DNA from: an uncultured Gemmatimonadales bacterium
GTDB lineage: Bacteria > Gemmatimonadota > Gemmatimonadetes > Gemmatimonadales > GWC2-71-9
Reading direction: 5' to 3'
NCBI GenBank assembly: GCA_963836815.1
Contig: CAWILD010000012.1
Span: 691,298-755,297, forward strand
Length of the DNA: 64,000 nt
Shown: positions 29,997 to 40,076 of the stretch, piece by piece
How the letters are laid out: each line of letters opens with the position of its first letter
How positions within the stretch are numbered: the first letter of the stretch is position 1
Notes under the pieces: model-generated
Databases searched by the model: none
Told to the model about the DNA's origin: nothing
What the model saw: only the letters and a program-made list of their open reading frames with translations
Translations under genes and position numbers: made by a program

Positions 29997-30374
29997 ATGA
30001 CTTTGGGGCAGTCGCGTAAGCAGACGGTGTTGCTGGTAGAGGACGACGCAATGCTCCGCAGCATCTTGGCACAGACGCTGGCTGACGAGGGCTACGCTGT
30101 CCTCACGGCGGAGGACGGCGAACCGGCCTTGGCCATCGCCAGCACGTTGGAGGGACAACTTGGCCTTGTCGTGACCGACATCCGGCTGCCCGGCATGAAC
30201 GGCTTGGAACTCGCCGACCACCTTGCCTGCCTCGAGGCTCCACCTCCCGTCCTGTTCATCTCGGGCGTTAAAGCTGACCAGAACGTGTCCGGTCCACTGT
30301 TGGCCAAGCCGTTCGGGCCGAGTGCCTTCCTCGAGCAAGTTGCCCGCCTGCTTCCGCGGGCTCAGCATCACTAG
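29997..30374 (+). CDS. Single-domain response regulator (canonical)
   Basis: LVEDD, VTDIRLPGMNG, ISG, KPF. Confidence 0.88.
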   Translation: MTLGQSRKQTVLLVEDDAMLRSILAQTLADEGYAVLTAEDGEPALAIASTLEGQLGLVVTDIRLPGMNGLELADHLACLEAPPPVLFISGVKADQNVSGPLLAKPFGPSAFLEQVARLLPRAQHH

Positions 30375-30549
30375 TTTGCCTTCTTGGTCGGTCACCAGCG
30401 GACGGCCAGCCCGACAAGCCGGAGCACTAGCCTGGCACAACCGCGAGTGATGCGACAAGCACTCGGCGCAGGGCAGGCGGCCGCCAGTCCTCATAATGCC
30501 GGCCCGGCTTGACGGCCCCTGTACCGCGTCTTATCTCAGGTCCTACCAT

Positions 30550-30664
30550 CCCTCGATAAAGGCACCCGGCGAAAGCCGGGCCGCACGCCACGGGTCCTCG
30601 CCTCCTCCGGGACACCTTCCATCGACGCCCCGAAGGACCCTAAGACCGCCGAGCCGCCGAAGGG
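30550..30664 (+). ncRNA. c-di-GMP-I riboswitch variant, copy 4 (degenerate)
   Basis: Core recognisable with small deletions; TTGACG-N17-TATCTC promoter just upstream. Confidence 0.6.
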
Positions 30665-30699
30665 AACGCGTTCCCGACAGCCTTGAGCTTGGGCCCAAT

Positions 30700-31215
30700 C
30701 CGGTCTCCCCGGCGACACCCGCGCCCAGTCTCGGCGCCACGGTTCTGAAAATCCCGAACGACTACTTCTTGATCTTGGATTCAGACTCAGATCGCGACTG
30801 CACGACGACCTTTGGCCTGGTGTCGCCGGTGAGCGATCTCAATGCTTGCGGGGGTTCCGGGCCGGAGGTGTTCGACGGAGGGGGCACCACGCGGATCGTG
30901 GCGACGCCGTCCGGTGCCGTCCACGTTCGTGACGAGCTGCATCAGGCCACCATCGTATTCTACGAGGGGGCGACCGAGGATGTGTGCGAGCTCGCGACCC
31001 ATCCGGTGCTGGCGCGCGGCCGTGGCAATCTGCACTTCACCGTGAAGAATGGGGTGAACGGCTCGACGAGCGTTCAGGCGACCTTCGGCGGTATCCTGGA
31101 CCTCGTCGCAGGCGGCCGGGTCCGCATGCTGGGAGTCGGGAATATTGTCTTCGACCCGTTCGGCAACCTGACCATTCACGAGGACCACTTCGACCTGAAG
31201 CCGATCGGGCACTGA
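30700..31215 (+). CDS. Beta-rich protein related to 24588-25234 (start or signal peptide unclear)
   Basis: GL....DL..C, D.CE....PVL..G and G.L.LV.GG.V shared. Confidence 0.55.
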   Translation, partial: PVSPATPAPSLGATVLKIPNDYFLILDSDSDRDCTTTFGLVSPVSDLNACGGSGPEVFDGGGTTRIVATPSGAVHVRDELHQATIVFYEGATEDVCELATHPVLARGRGNLHFTVKNGVNGSTSVQATFGGILDLVAGGRVRMLGVGNIVFDPFGNLTIHEDHFDLKPIGH

Positions 31216-31422
31216 GTCGGGGGGCGGCAGACCCGCCTCTCGTGGGCCGGCGGCGCTGGGATGGGTCACCGTTTCGAGGGCGCTTGCTGCTCCAGTTTGA
31301 GCACGGCCACGGCGACAGGTTCATGATGCTCCGCTGGGTCCCGCTCGTGCGGGAGCGCGTCGGCCACTCAGGGCCCGGGTGAGTTGACCGAGCCGGGGCT
31401 TGCCCTGGGTACAACGACATAG

Positions 31423-31734
31423 GTGAGTCCGGAACAGGCCGCGGGAGATACACGGGTCGATGGACGGACCGATCTTTACGCTTTCGGGTGCGTGTTGTAT
31501 GAGATGCTCGTTGGCCAACCGCCGTTCACAGGCGCCACGGCCCACGTGATCCGCGCGCGCCATGCTTCGAGCCTGTTCCTTCAGTCCGGACAGTACGGGG
31601 CAATGTGCCGCCGTCCATCGATGCTGTCATCGGGGGCGCGGATCGCTACGGTGCCAGCTGATCGTTTCGCTACCGCGAAGAGTCTGCTTGCCACGAACGC
31701 TGTCTCTGGGTGCGGCCACGCTATCGAGCAATGA
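31423..31734 (+). pseudogene. Ser/Thr protein kinase C-lobe fragment
   Basis: [31 protein letters not shown]; N-lobe absent. Confidence 0.8.
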
Positions 31735-31951
31735 CGGCGCTCGTTGAACAAGCAGCACTCCTCGCAAACGTGCCTGACTTGGCTGATACCATGTCGGTGC
31801 ACCCGTCTGCGCGCTTGGCTTGCGGGTTACCATGACCGAGGGCGACAAACTCGTCCGTCGAGGAGGTCGTAACAACACGCTGCCTCCAGGGGGGACCGGG
31901 CCTGCTAAGGGAAGGCTGGCGTCCTGCATCCCGAGAAATGCTCACAACAGC

Positions 31952-32533
31952 ATGGACTCGCGGCGCGCCCTTAGGCGGATGCTCGCTCTTCCAGTGGCAT
32001 TGACTGTACTTCCTGCGTTTCTCGTCGGTCGGGCAGCGCGAGCAGCGTTAGTTCTGACTGGCCTAACTGACGAGAATTGTGCTACGCTGGTGCAGCAAGG
32101 TGTCATGCGGCGAGAGGCAGACAGTTACAACATTGAGGAGCCGGAAGCAGTTCGGCTGGCTCTTCGCCGCGTTTATCCCGAGGCGAATGACCTCAGTTCA
32201 CCGGCAGCAGACCAGGTTGGCACGACGATCAGGAGTCTCGTCTGGGCGGTCCCAGTCGCTGCCGCGTCGCCTGAGGAGCGAACTAGACTTGATTCGCTTA
32301 TCGATGAAATGGTTACCTGCTCCGTGGCATTGAAACGTCCGCCTCCAAGGATCAAACGCGAGCCACCGGCCAGCCGCGCTGAGCTTCTGGAGGTTCGGTG
32401 CAAAGACGGGGGGTTGTGCGGTAGTTCCGCCGTAGTTTTCCGGGCAATGGGGCGAATGTACGGGCTCTGCGGGAGGACAGTTTTGAGCGCATCATGGTGT
32501 TCCGCGATCGGGCCAGTGCGGAACGCTGGCTGA
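31952..32533 (+). CDS. Hypothetical protein
   Basis: ORF only; atypical composition. Confidence 0.3.
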   Translation: MDSRRALRRMLALPVALTVLPAFLVGRAARAALVLTGLTDENCATLVQQGVMRREADSYNIEEPEAVRLALRRVYPEANDLSSPAADQVGTTIRSLVWAVPVAAASPEERTRLDSLIDEMVTCSVALKRPPPRIKREPPASRAELLEVRCKDGGLCGSSAVVFRAMGRMYGLCGRTVLSASWCSAIGPVRNAG

Positions 32534-32846
32534 ACGACCAGAGCTGACAGGACGACCTTGACCAAGGTCTAATGGCGTTTCCAGCCGCCAGCGTGCTTCT
32601 TCACGGTGAATTGAGTCGGGGCGTCCCCGACTATTGGCTAACTCTTTTCCCCCCACCACATCGAGTCCCAGGGGAGACCACTTCCTCCTTTGGGACTCCC
32701 GCCAGATGGGCCGCGATCATCCGCGGCCCATCTTCTTTTGAAGGATCAGGGCCTCTTGACACTCCTCCATGTACCCAGAAGTTTGCAGCGCTCCCTTCAC
32801 CTGATCGTTTCCGCTTGCCCCGCGCCAAGGACCGGGAGGCCAAGCA

Positions 32847-33940
32847 GTGCTCAGCAAGACCGTGGTTCGACTGCTCTGCATTGGTCTCGTCGCAGCAGCC
32901 GCAGGCTGCGACGGTGGATCGCCAGTGGCATCGTCCGAGAATCCCGTGCCGCCGGTCGATTCGCCCACCCCGCCAACCGATAGTGCAACGCCCCCACCGG
33001 CTCCGCCGCCGGACAGCGGGACGCCGCAGCCGCCACCCCCGGATACCGCTCCCGTTCCACCGGTGCCACCCGCGCCACCCCCGCCCGATGGGCCGCCACT
33101 TCCCCCGGCGCCGCCACCAGTGCACCAGGGTATCCCGTTCGGACCAAGCGTCTACACGAAGGGGCAGGCCTCTTTGTCGCTCATTCCGCCGTCGGGTCTG
33201 AATTCATCATTCAACGCATTGATCACCGATGCGCATCCCCGATTCTGCTTGCCAAGCTGGAGGCGGCTCGTCGGAACAACGACCGGGTTCTCCTCAATTT
33301 CTCCGGTAATTCGCGGAAGTTCACGGATAGCGCCGGATTCAACCTAGCGAAATGGAAGCAGAGCGTAGATCTGTTTCGCGGGTTCGATCTCTCGTCCTAC
33401 ATTGCCGACGGGACACTGATGGGCCATTTCATCATGGACGAGCCCAGCGATCCTAGCAATTGGAATGGTCACCAAGTCTCGCTCGCCGATATTGACGAGA
33501 TGGCCAGGTACAGCAAGGAGATCTGGCCAGAGTTGCCAGCGATCATCCGCGGCTGGCCGGCCTACCTGAAGGGATATCAGTACAAGTATCTGGATGCTGC
33601 GTGGGCTCAGTACCACGTGCGGTTCGGATCCATCGACGACTTCATCGCAAACAACGTCCGTGACGCGAAGGCGACCAGATTGGCGCTGGTGCTGGGGTTG
33701 AATACCGTCGCCGGCGGCGGCCCGGGTGGCATCCCGGGCTATCACAACGACAAGTTTGCGATGACCAACGCGCAGGTCAGATCCTGGGGTAACGCCCTCC
33801 TTGCCGAGCCGTACGTCTGCGCCTTCTTCATGTTCAGGTGGAACCAGGACTACTTTGGCCGGCCCGATATTGAGGAGGCAATGGGCGAGTTGAGGAAGAA
33901 GGCGGAGAGTCTTCCGAACAGGGCCTGTCGGAGGTCGTAA
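32847..33940 (+). CDS. Pro-rich lipoprotein with a glycoside-hydrolase-like domain (frameshift near 33240)
   Basis: AAGC lipobox, Pro linker, GHFIMDEP motif. Confidence 0.65.
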
Positions 33941-34499
33941 ATGAGGCTACCGGGGAGGGCTCGGAAACGGCTACGCCTCCGGTGGTATCCAGATGCGTTG
34001 GGGCACGAGGCTTGGGTTCGCCCTTTAATCGCGACAATCCGATTCGACGAGTCACACGGAACTGCCCGGACAATAGTCGGCGATCTCGCTGACTGCGACC
34101 CGTTGCGCCTTGTCAAATCGCCGCGTCCTGCGGCCGGCCCGGGTACGGCATCGCATCGCCAACCTGTGGATTGTTCCTGGACGAGCTCGCATTGGCCGGG
34201 CTGCAGGCGAGGCGGCACTGGAGAACGGCTCGCCGTTCCTGAGCCTGAGGACCTACACCTCCACGCCCAAACGCGGATGGCTCGATGCCAAGAAGGCGGC
34301 GATCGCAGGAGCCAGTTTTGGCTCCCGGGCGCGGGCCAGCGCGCTGAGACCGAGGTGAACGTGTAGTGCAGCGGGGTCGGGTGCAGCGATTCGGCCGAGT
34401 TCGAGTTGACCGACCAGGAAACGGACCAGTTGCGGTGGGCCGGGCTCGACCACCAGCCGAAATTCAGGACTTGGCGCTCTTTCCGGGACCTTAGCCGCG

Positions 34500-34860
34500 T
34501 ACTCCGCTACTCTGCTTGATATCAAAGGGCTTAGGCGCCGTTTCTACGCTGCCACCATGGCTGTCGGCAGCACCCGGAGAACCGGCTCTAAGTCCTTCAG
34601 CCCCATCAGAAGTAGCAGGTAGCGGTCAGCGGGCAGGTTTCGGGCGATAGTGTCCGCAAACTGGGCTGCTTCATAGCCCCGGCGCCCGGCGGTTCTTCCC
34701 ATCAAACTTCAGTTGCTTCGGCCCGATGCCCGAACGGGTCGAGCAGTTCGGCGAGCTGAGCGGTGCTCAGCCCCTTACCCCGGTGCCAGTCTGCCCCTGG
34801 TGCAACTTCGATATCCTTGAGCTTTGCGACCAGGTCGCCCGACGTGATGCGAAGGGCTGA
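34500..34860 (-). pseudogene. DUF3631 replication-protein C-terminal remnant with ori-like repeats
   Basis: RITSGDLVAKL...DWHRGKGLSTAQLAELLDPFG...RGYEAAQFADTIAR; CCGCTAC/GTAGCGG inverted repeat. Confidence 0.65.
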
Positions 34861-34989
34861 CCCCGACGTCCAGCCAGAGGCCGGCAGACGGTATCGCGGC
34901 ACTCATGGGCCCAACGAGCTGCCAGACTCCAGGCCGAAACAGCGCAAGCCATTGGCACCAGGGCTGGGCCCGGCTTCGGCCCAGCCACT

Positions 34990-35474
34990 ACGGCGCACGC
35001 GTGCCCTCTATCCGACGTTGAGCGACGGAGTCGCCGGCTCTTCGTCGCGAACCGACCCCACGACCATCCCCACCATCTTGCCATCCTGCAGTCGGCTGAC
35101 GGTGCGCGTCCTGACCTGGACGCCCTGACGGAGGACGCTCTCATACGGCCCTGCCTCGGTGACGATGCTGTCCCCGCTACCGCGACGACGCGCACCGGAA
35201 CGGGCTTCCGGTTCGGGAACGTCATAGTCCAGCCCGACGTATCGGCGGTTGCGGTCAGCTCGGACTCGACCACGTTCCCCCCGTCCTCATCCATCGTGCG
35301 GACCTTCCACTTCCCGGCGACATCGGCGAGCGAGATCGTAGTGGATGCTGCCGGCGTTTCGGGAGCAGCCGCCACCGTATCCATCGCGGTTTGGTCGTCG
35401 GCGGCCCGGTCCTCGGACTTGGTGCAGCTGGCCAGGACAGCAGTAAAGCAGAAGAAGGCGAAGCGTGGCATCAC
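34990..35474 (-). CDS. Lipoprotein (lipocalin-like; frameshifted)
   Basis: LASC lipobox; ISLADVAGKW; AGPYESVLR in the next frame. Confidence 0.6.
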
Positions 35475-35893
35475 ACCCTCCCGTGTTAGGGACAGACCCG
35501 GGGACTGCGTTCTAACTAACGGTAGGCGGGGCTAACATATGCCTGGTGCATGGGAAGTTCAAAGGAACCCGTTTATGACAAGCGCCTCCCAACGCTGGGC
35601 CCGGGTGCCCTCGCACCTCGCCTGGGAAGCGGCCCGGGCTGCCGACTGAGTGGGTGCGGTGCTTGAGCAAACGCAGAGACCATGAAGCCGGAGCCGCTGC
35701 CGGGCTACGTCTGGCTCGACACCCCGGGAAAAGTGCTACATGTTCAGGCTTCGCGGCTTGAGTTCCGGGACGATCCATTGACCTGATCGCCCGCAGCTGA
35801 GGAACATGCTGGTCCGTCACCTACGCCACGTACCTCGGCCTGCCGGGTGGTCCGGCGGCGCCGTTTGGCTCCGCCAGCATCTGAGGGGGAAGT

Positions 35894-36088
35894 ATGTATA
35901 AACTTGTGAAAGCACTCATCGGCCTTGCCGCGCTGGCGTTCGTGCTTGCCGTTGTGACCAACTTTTCGGGCGAGTTCCTGGGAACGTCGCCCGAAGCCTA
36001 CTCCCGTGCGAGCACTAATTTGGCGTTGCTTGCGATAGGCCTGGTGCTCACGTTCGGGGGCACACCGAGCGCTCGGCGGCCGCTCTAG
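35894..36088 (+). CDS. Small two-TM membrane protein
   Basis: GAGGGGG RBS; two hydrophobic helices. Confidence 0.6.
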   Translation: MYKLVKALIGLAALAFVLAVVTNFSGEFLGTSPEAYSRASTNLALLAIGLVLTFGGTPSARRPL

Positions 36089-36479
36089 CAGCTCCGATAG
36101 TCGCCTAACCCGGGAGCCCGAGCCAAGAGACGCTCGGGCTACTTTGCTCTGTGCCCTAGGCGACCTAAAAAGAGGACGCGAATCGGCTTATGCGGAGAGG
36201 GCGTGGATCAGGTCTGATCAGGGATGCGAGGGGTGTGCGGATGTGGTTACTGCAACGCCGTCGTGCGCGTTCAGAACTCCTACGTTCATTCTTGTCGCTG
36301 TTTGTCACAGTAAGTGCCGACAACCGCTGACGCGGGCTGCGCTCGTGGAGTCGTAAGTGCAGGATTTTCAACGCAGCTGATGCGTAACTTATCTACGCGG
36401 TTGCTTTGCAAGCAGTCCACTTTCCAACCCCCGTCGCCCCGTCACTCCGTCCGAGTGAGCGGGGCTTCCCGTATTCGCC

Positions 36480-36824
36480 TCAGTGTGCTGTCTTGTGGCC
36501 GGCAAGCGTACAGGTCGCGCTGCCACCGGCACAGGGAGGCTCCCCGCCCGCGGATAGGCTGTCGGGTGGTGGCACGGGAGGCTCGGGACTCACCGGACTG
36601 CCTGCTCCCGAACCGCCGCCTCCAAGGGACGACCCCGACGCATAGCCCGTCGCCGACTGTTTCGAAATGATGACGGCGGTACGGTTGGTCATGTCGCCCA
36701 CCGCACGCCGGAAGACATGCATCACACCAATGACGCCGAGGGCGAGGATTGCGAGGATGAGTCCGTATTCCACCAGCCCAGCCCCTCTCTCGCAGGAGCA
36801 GAATCTCCGGATGAGCTGCCTCAC
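36480..36824 (-). CDS. flp: Flp-family type IVb pilin with a C-terminal extension
   Basis: ERG|AGLVEYGLILAIL prepilin motif. Confidence 0.8.
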   Translation of the reverse strand: MRQLIRRFCSCERGAGLVEYGLILAILALGVIGVMHVFRRAVGDMTNRTAVIISKQSATGYASGSSLGGGGSGAGSPVSPEPPVPPPDSLSAGGEPPCAGGSATCTLAGHKTAH

Positions 36825-37165
36825 GGGGGGCTCCGGGCGTAGAGGCTGGGGTGTGGTTGAGGTTGGTCCCTAAGCGCGCACGACTTTCGAGAAGCGTCTC
36901 GGAATTGGCAGAAACTGTGCCGGGGGAGGAAGCAGAGGCCTGCAAGAAGGGTAAGTCAGTGGGTAGCTGGATGTTTCCCGTTGCTTCACTGAGCTCGCAG
37001 CCGGGTCAGGCATCCGGGCAAGCTGCAACTCTTCTCATAAACCGCCATGCTCGACTCGAGTAGCTCATACCGTGCCCGAGATCGGCTTTAGAACCAAGGT
37101 CCAATGTCGGCGGCGCGTTCAATCCACGGCATTGGTCGGGCTACCCACACAACTCGCATCAGGAG

Positions 37166-37716
37166 ATGCTAACGTCCCGGATAGCCTGCACTCTCCTCAT
37201 AGCCGCCGCGTTCGCCGCTGGTGCCTGCCACAAGGCCACCGAGACTGCCGGCGCCCCGCTGGCCTGACCAACACGCTTACCAGCAAGCTCGGCATCAGCG
37301 AATCCCAGGCAAGCGCCGCCCTCGGCAGTGTTCTGAATGTGGCGAAGGTGAAGCTTTCGCCGGAAGACTATTCCAAGCTCGCCGGCGCGATTCCCGGGGC
37401 AAGCGACTACCTCACGGCGGCCGCGGCCGCGGGCGTGGTGCCGAGTGCGGAAGTGGCCGTCACACCGCCGGCCGTCGCTGCGGACAGCATCGCTCCTATT
37501 CCCGGAGTTTCAGCCGATTCAGCGACCACGGGTGCCGCAGCGGCAGTCGAGGGCGCAACCGCCGCGCCGAGCGCGGGCATGGGCGCCCTGACCTCCACCT
37601 TCTCCAAGCTGGGAATTCCGCCCGAGGCGGCGAGCCAGTTCGTACCGGTGCTCACCGACTACGTAGGCAAGGTCGGTGGCCCGGAAACCGCGAACCTGCT
37701 GAAGGGTCTGTTCTAG
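37166..37716 (+). CDS. DUF2780-like lipoprotein (frameshift near 37260)
   Basis: AGAC lipobox; LGISESQA..ALGS, AIPGA, FSKLGI...FVPVL.DYV. Confidence 0.7.
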
Positions 37717-37990
37717 AGCCCACTTTGGGCGTGCTACAGGTCACTGCGAAGCGCGTGCCCACTTGCAAACTTCTTCTCGGGTCTCAACGGCGGTGACCAA
37801 TGCTTTCGGTGTACGACCTTGTCCTGCGAAGTCAGGCGCTCGGCCGCGTGACGAAGCGGCCCCGGCCGTCGGAAGCTCGCCGTGCGGTCGCGGCGCGCGA
37901 GGCGAGTGAGCTTCGCTTGGCGCGGCTGAGAGAGCTCATACGCGAGGCGCGTCAGCTCAGAAAACCCTGGCGCTAGCGAACGAACAAGAA

Positions 37991-38019
37991 CGGCGGCCCC
38001 GCACGAACCGGGGCCGCCG
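37991..38019. terminator. Hairpin terminator
   Basis: CGGCGGCCCC...GGGGCCGCCG with A- and T-rich flanks. Confidence 0.55.
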
Positions 38020-38044
38020 TTTCCTTGCTCAGCGATGGGCCTGG

Positions 38045-38458
38045 CTATCCGTTGACCACCTGAGCCGGGGGCCGGTCGTCGAACCCGAGCGCGCGGAGGG
38101 TGAGGAGTTTGTTCGCCGAGCTCCACAGCGGGTTGAGCTCACCCCGGACCACGGCCTCGAACGCTCCCCGCTCCCGCGCCGTCTGCCGAATCTTCGGCGT
38201 GATGAACGACTGATGCGGCAGCACCGGTGTCATCGGCGCCTGCTCGCCGATCACGCGAAGCGCGTGGAGCGGCGTGGCGTCGGGCAACCGGGTGTCCAGC
38301 AGAATCAGATCGAACGTGCGCTCGGCCACCAATTCCAGTGCGCTGCGTAGGTCATGCGCCTGGCACACCCGTACCGTCCCACGGCCACGCAGCGTCAGCA
38401 ACTCCGTGATCAGCTCGCGGTCGAGCGGATCGTCCTCGATGATCAGCACGTCGCTCAT
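38045..38458 (-). CDS. Single-domain receiver (Asp present, Lys motif absent)
   Basis: LIIEDD, ILLDTRLPD. Confidence 0.75.
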   Translation of the reverse strand: MSDVLIIEDDPLDRELITELLTLRGRGTVRVCQAHDLRSALELVAERTFDLILLDTRLPDATPLHALRVIGEQAPMTPVLPHQSFITPKIRQTARERGAFEAVVRGELNPLWSSANKLLTLRALGFDDRPPAQVVNG

Positions 38459-38839
38459 GGGATTCGCTCCGCCTGCAACCGGACTGATCCGGTGGCCCGG
38501 CTCCCTGGTAGTGAGAGCGCGCTGAGGGTGACGACGAACAGCTGACTGGGCCGCATCCATGCCTCCGCAGGGGGAAGGGTTCGAGCCTCGCCGAGGGGAA
38601 AGGCCAGAGGCATGCCAGCCGATGCCAGGTGCGGAGTAGCCCCTCCTACCTTGGCGGAAGTGATTACGTGAGAGGGAGATGGCGAACAGTACCGCAGCCC
38701 TGAGCTGGCCAGGCCGGGAGGGCCTCTGTGGTCCCTAGCTGTGGGTCCGGTCCCACAAAAACCGAGCGCCGACACCCTCGACATTTTTGGCGAGGATGCC
38801 GGCGGTCGGGGCTGGGGTCCCGGGAAGCCCGGGGGAAGC

Positions 38840-39937
38840 TCAAGTGGTCAGGGCGCTGCCGTACCGGGCGTAGTCGTCGAGGATGCGGCCCGTTCCGCGC
38901 ACTACGGAGGTAAGGGGATCGTCGTCCACCCGGACCGGGAGGCCGGTCTCTTCCATCAGGCGCTGATCGAGTCCGCGGATCAGGGCGCCGCCTCCGGTCA
39001 GGACGATGCCGTGCTCGAGGATGTCGCTCGCCAGCTCGGGGGGCGTCATCTCCAAGGCGCGGCGGACGGCATTCACGATGCGGGACACGGGCTCCTGCAT
39101 CGCGTCCCGTACGCCAGTAGAATCGATACGGACGGTCTTGGGCAGTCCCGAGACCAGATCGCGGCCCTTCACGTCCATCTCTATCTCGGGCACCATCGGC
39201 ATCGCCGAGCCCAGCTTGATCTTGATCCGCTCGGCCGTCGGCTCGCCGATGAGCAGACTGTAGGTCTTCCGCATGTACTGCACGATGGACTGGTCCAGCT
39301 CGTCGCCACCGGTCCGGATCGAGGCGTCGCACACGATGCCGGACAGCGCGATCACCGCGATGTTGGTCGTGCCGCCGCCGATGTCGATCACCATGCTGCC
39401 CACCGGCGTCTCGACCGGCAGCCCGACGCCGATGGCCGCCGCCATCGGCTCGGCCACCATGAGAAGGCGCTTCACGCCGGCGGAGCGCGCCGAGTCGCGG
39501 ACCGCCCGGCGCTCGACCTCGGTGATGCCGGACGGGACGCAGACGATCACGCTGGGCTTCACCTTGATCACCGTCCGGTCGATGACGAGGCGGAGGAAGT
39601 GCCGCAGCATCTTCTCGGCGACATCGAAGTTGGCGATGACGCCGTCCTTCATCGGCCGCACGGCCTGAATACCGTCGGGCGTCCGCCCGAGCATCCGCTT
39701 GGCATCGAGTCCGATCCCCATGATGTTCCCGGTCGCCTGATCCACCGCGGCCACGGAGGGCTCGTTCAGCACCACGCCCTCGCCCTTCACCAGGACCAGG
39801 GTGTTCGCCGTACCGAGATCCACCGCCAGCTCGGTCGCCGGACGCCACAGCTTGCGGCGCGGCAGCTGGCGCGGACGATGGATCTCCTCGTCACCCAGGG
39901 TCTCGACTTTGGTGGGCGGCTGGATGGCGAGGGTCAC
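38840..39937 (-). CDS. mreB: MreB/Mbl actin-like protein
   Basis: DLGTANT, EPMAAAIG, DIGGGTT, LTGGGAL. Confidence 0.92.
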   Translation of the reverse strand: MTLAIQPPTKVETLGDEEIHRPRQLPRRKLWRPATELAVDLGTANTLVLVKGEGVVLNEPSVAAVDQATGNIMGIGLDAKRMLGRTPDGIQAVRPMKDGVIANFDVAEKMLRHFLRLVIDRTVIKVKPSVIVCVPSGITEVERRAVRDSARSAGVKRLLMVAEPMAAAIGVGLPVETPVGSMVIDIGGGTTNIAVIALSGIVCDASIRTGGDELDQSIVQYMRKTYSLLIGEPTAERIKIKLGSAMPMVPEIEMDVKGRDLVSGLPKTVRIDSTGVRDAMQEPVSRIVNAVRRALEMTPPELASDILEHGIVLTGGGALIRGLDQRLMEETGLPVRVDDDPLTSVVRGTGRILDDYARYGSALTT

Positions 39938-40076
39938 GGTGGGTGCATCCCTTCGTCGGAGGCTGGGAGACTGCCTTGCAGATGACCCACGCCGGTTGCG
40001 TTTCACCCGTTGGGACGGGGTGCACCCTCGGCGGGATCGCTGTTCCTGCCCCCGGACGTGCAAGTAGTGATCCACG

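Larger units (their letters stand above)
2241..37000. mobile_element. Composite genomic island of tandem or nested integrative elements at tRNA-Phe; right border approximate
   Basis: Integrase abuts the tRNA; three more integrase-like remnants, three tRNA 3' fragments, duplicated HTH and TerS genes, many gene fragments; core-type genes resume at about 38 kb. Confidence 0.75.

Noticed and set aside
12451-30664. Dispersed ~120-bp repeats read as a CRISPR array, integron attC sites or MITEs
   Set aside because: No regular spacers, cas genes, attC R/L boxes or terminal inverted repeats; the sequence fits a GEMM-I aptamer
36905-36920. Sigma54-like TTGGCA-N-TGC site
   Set aside because: Fits GG-N10-GC only loosely and lies about 250 bp from the next plus-strand start; not enough support
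2241-37000. Intact prophage, retron or diversity-generating retroelement
   Set aside because: No structural phage genes, no reverse transcriptase motifs and no TR/VR pair were seen
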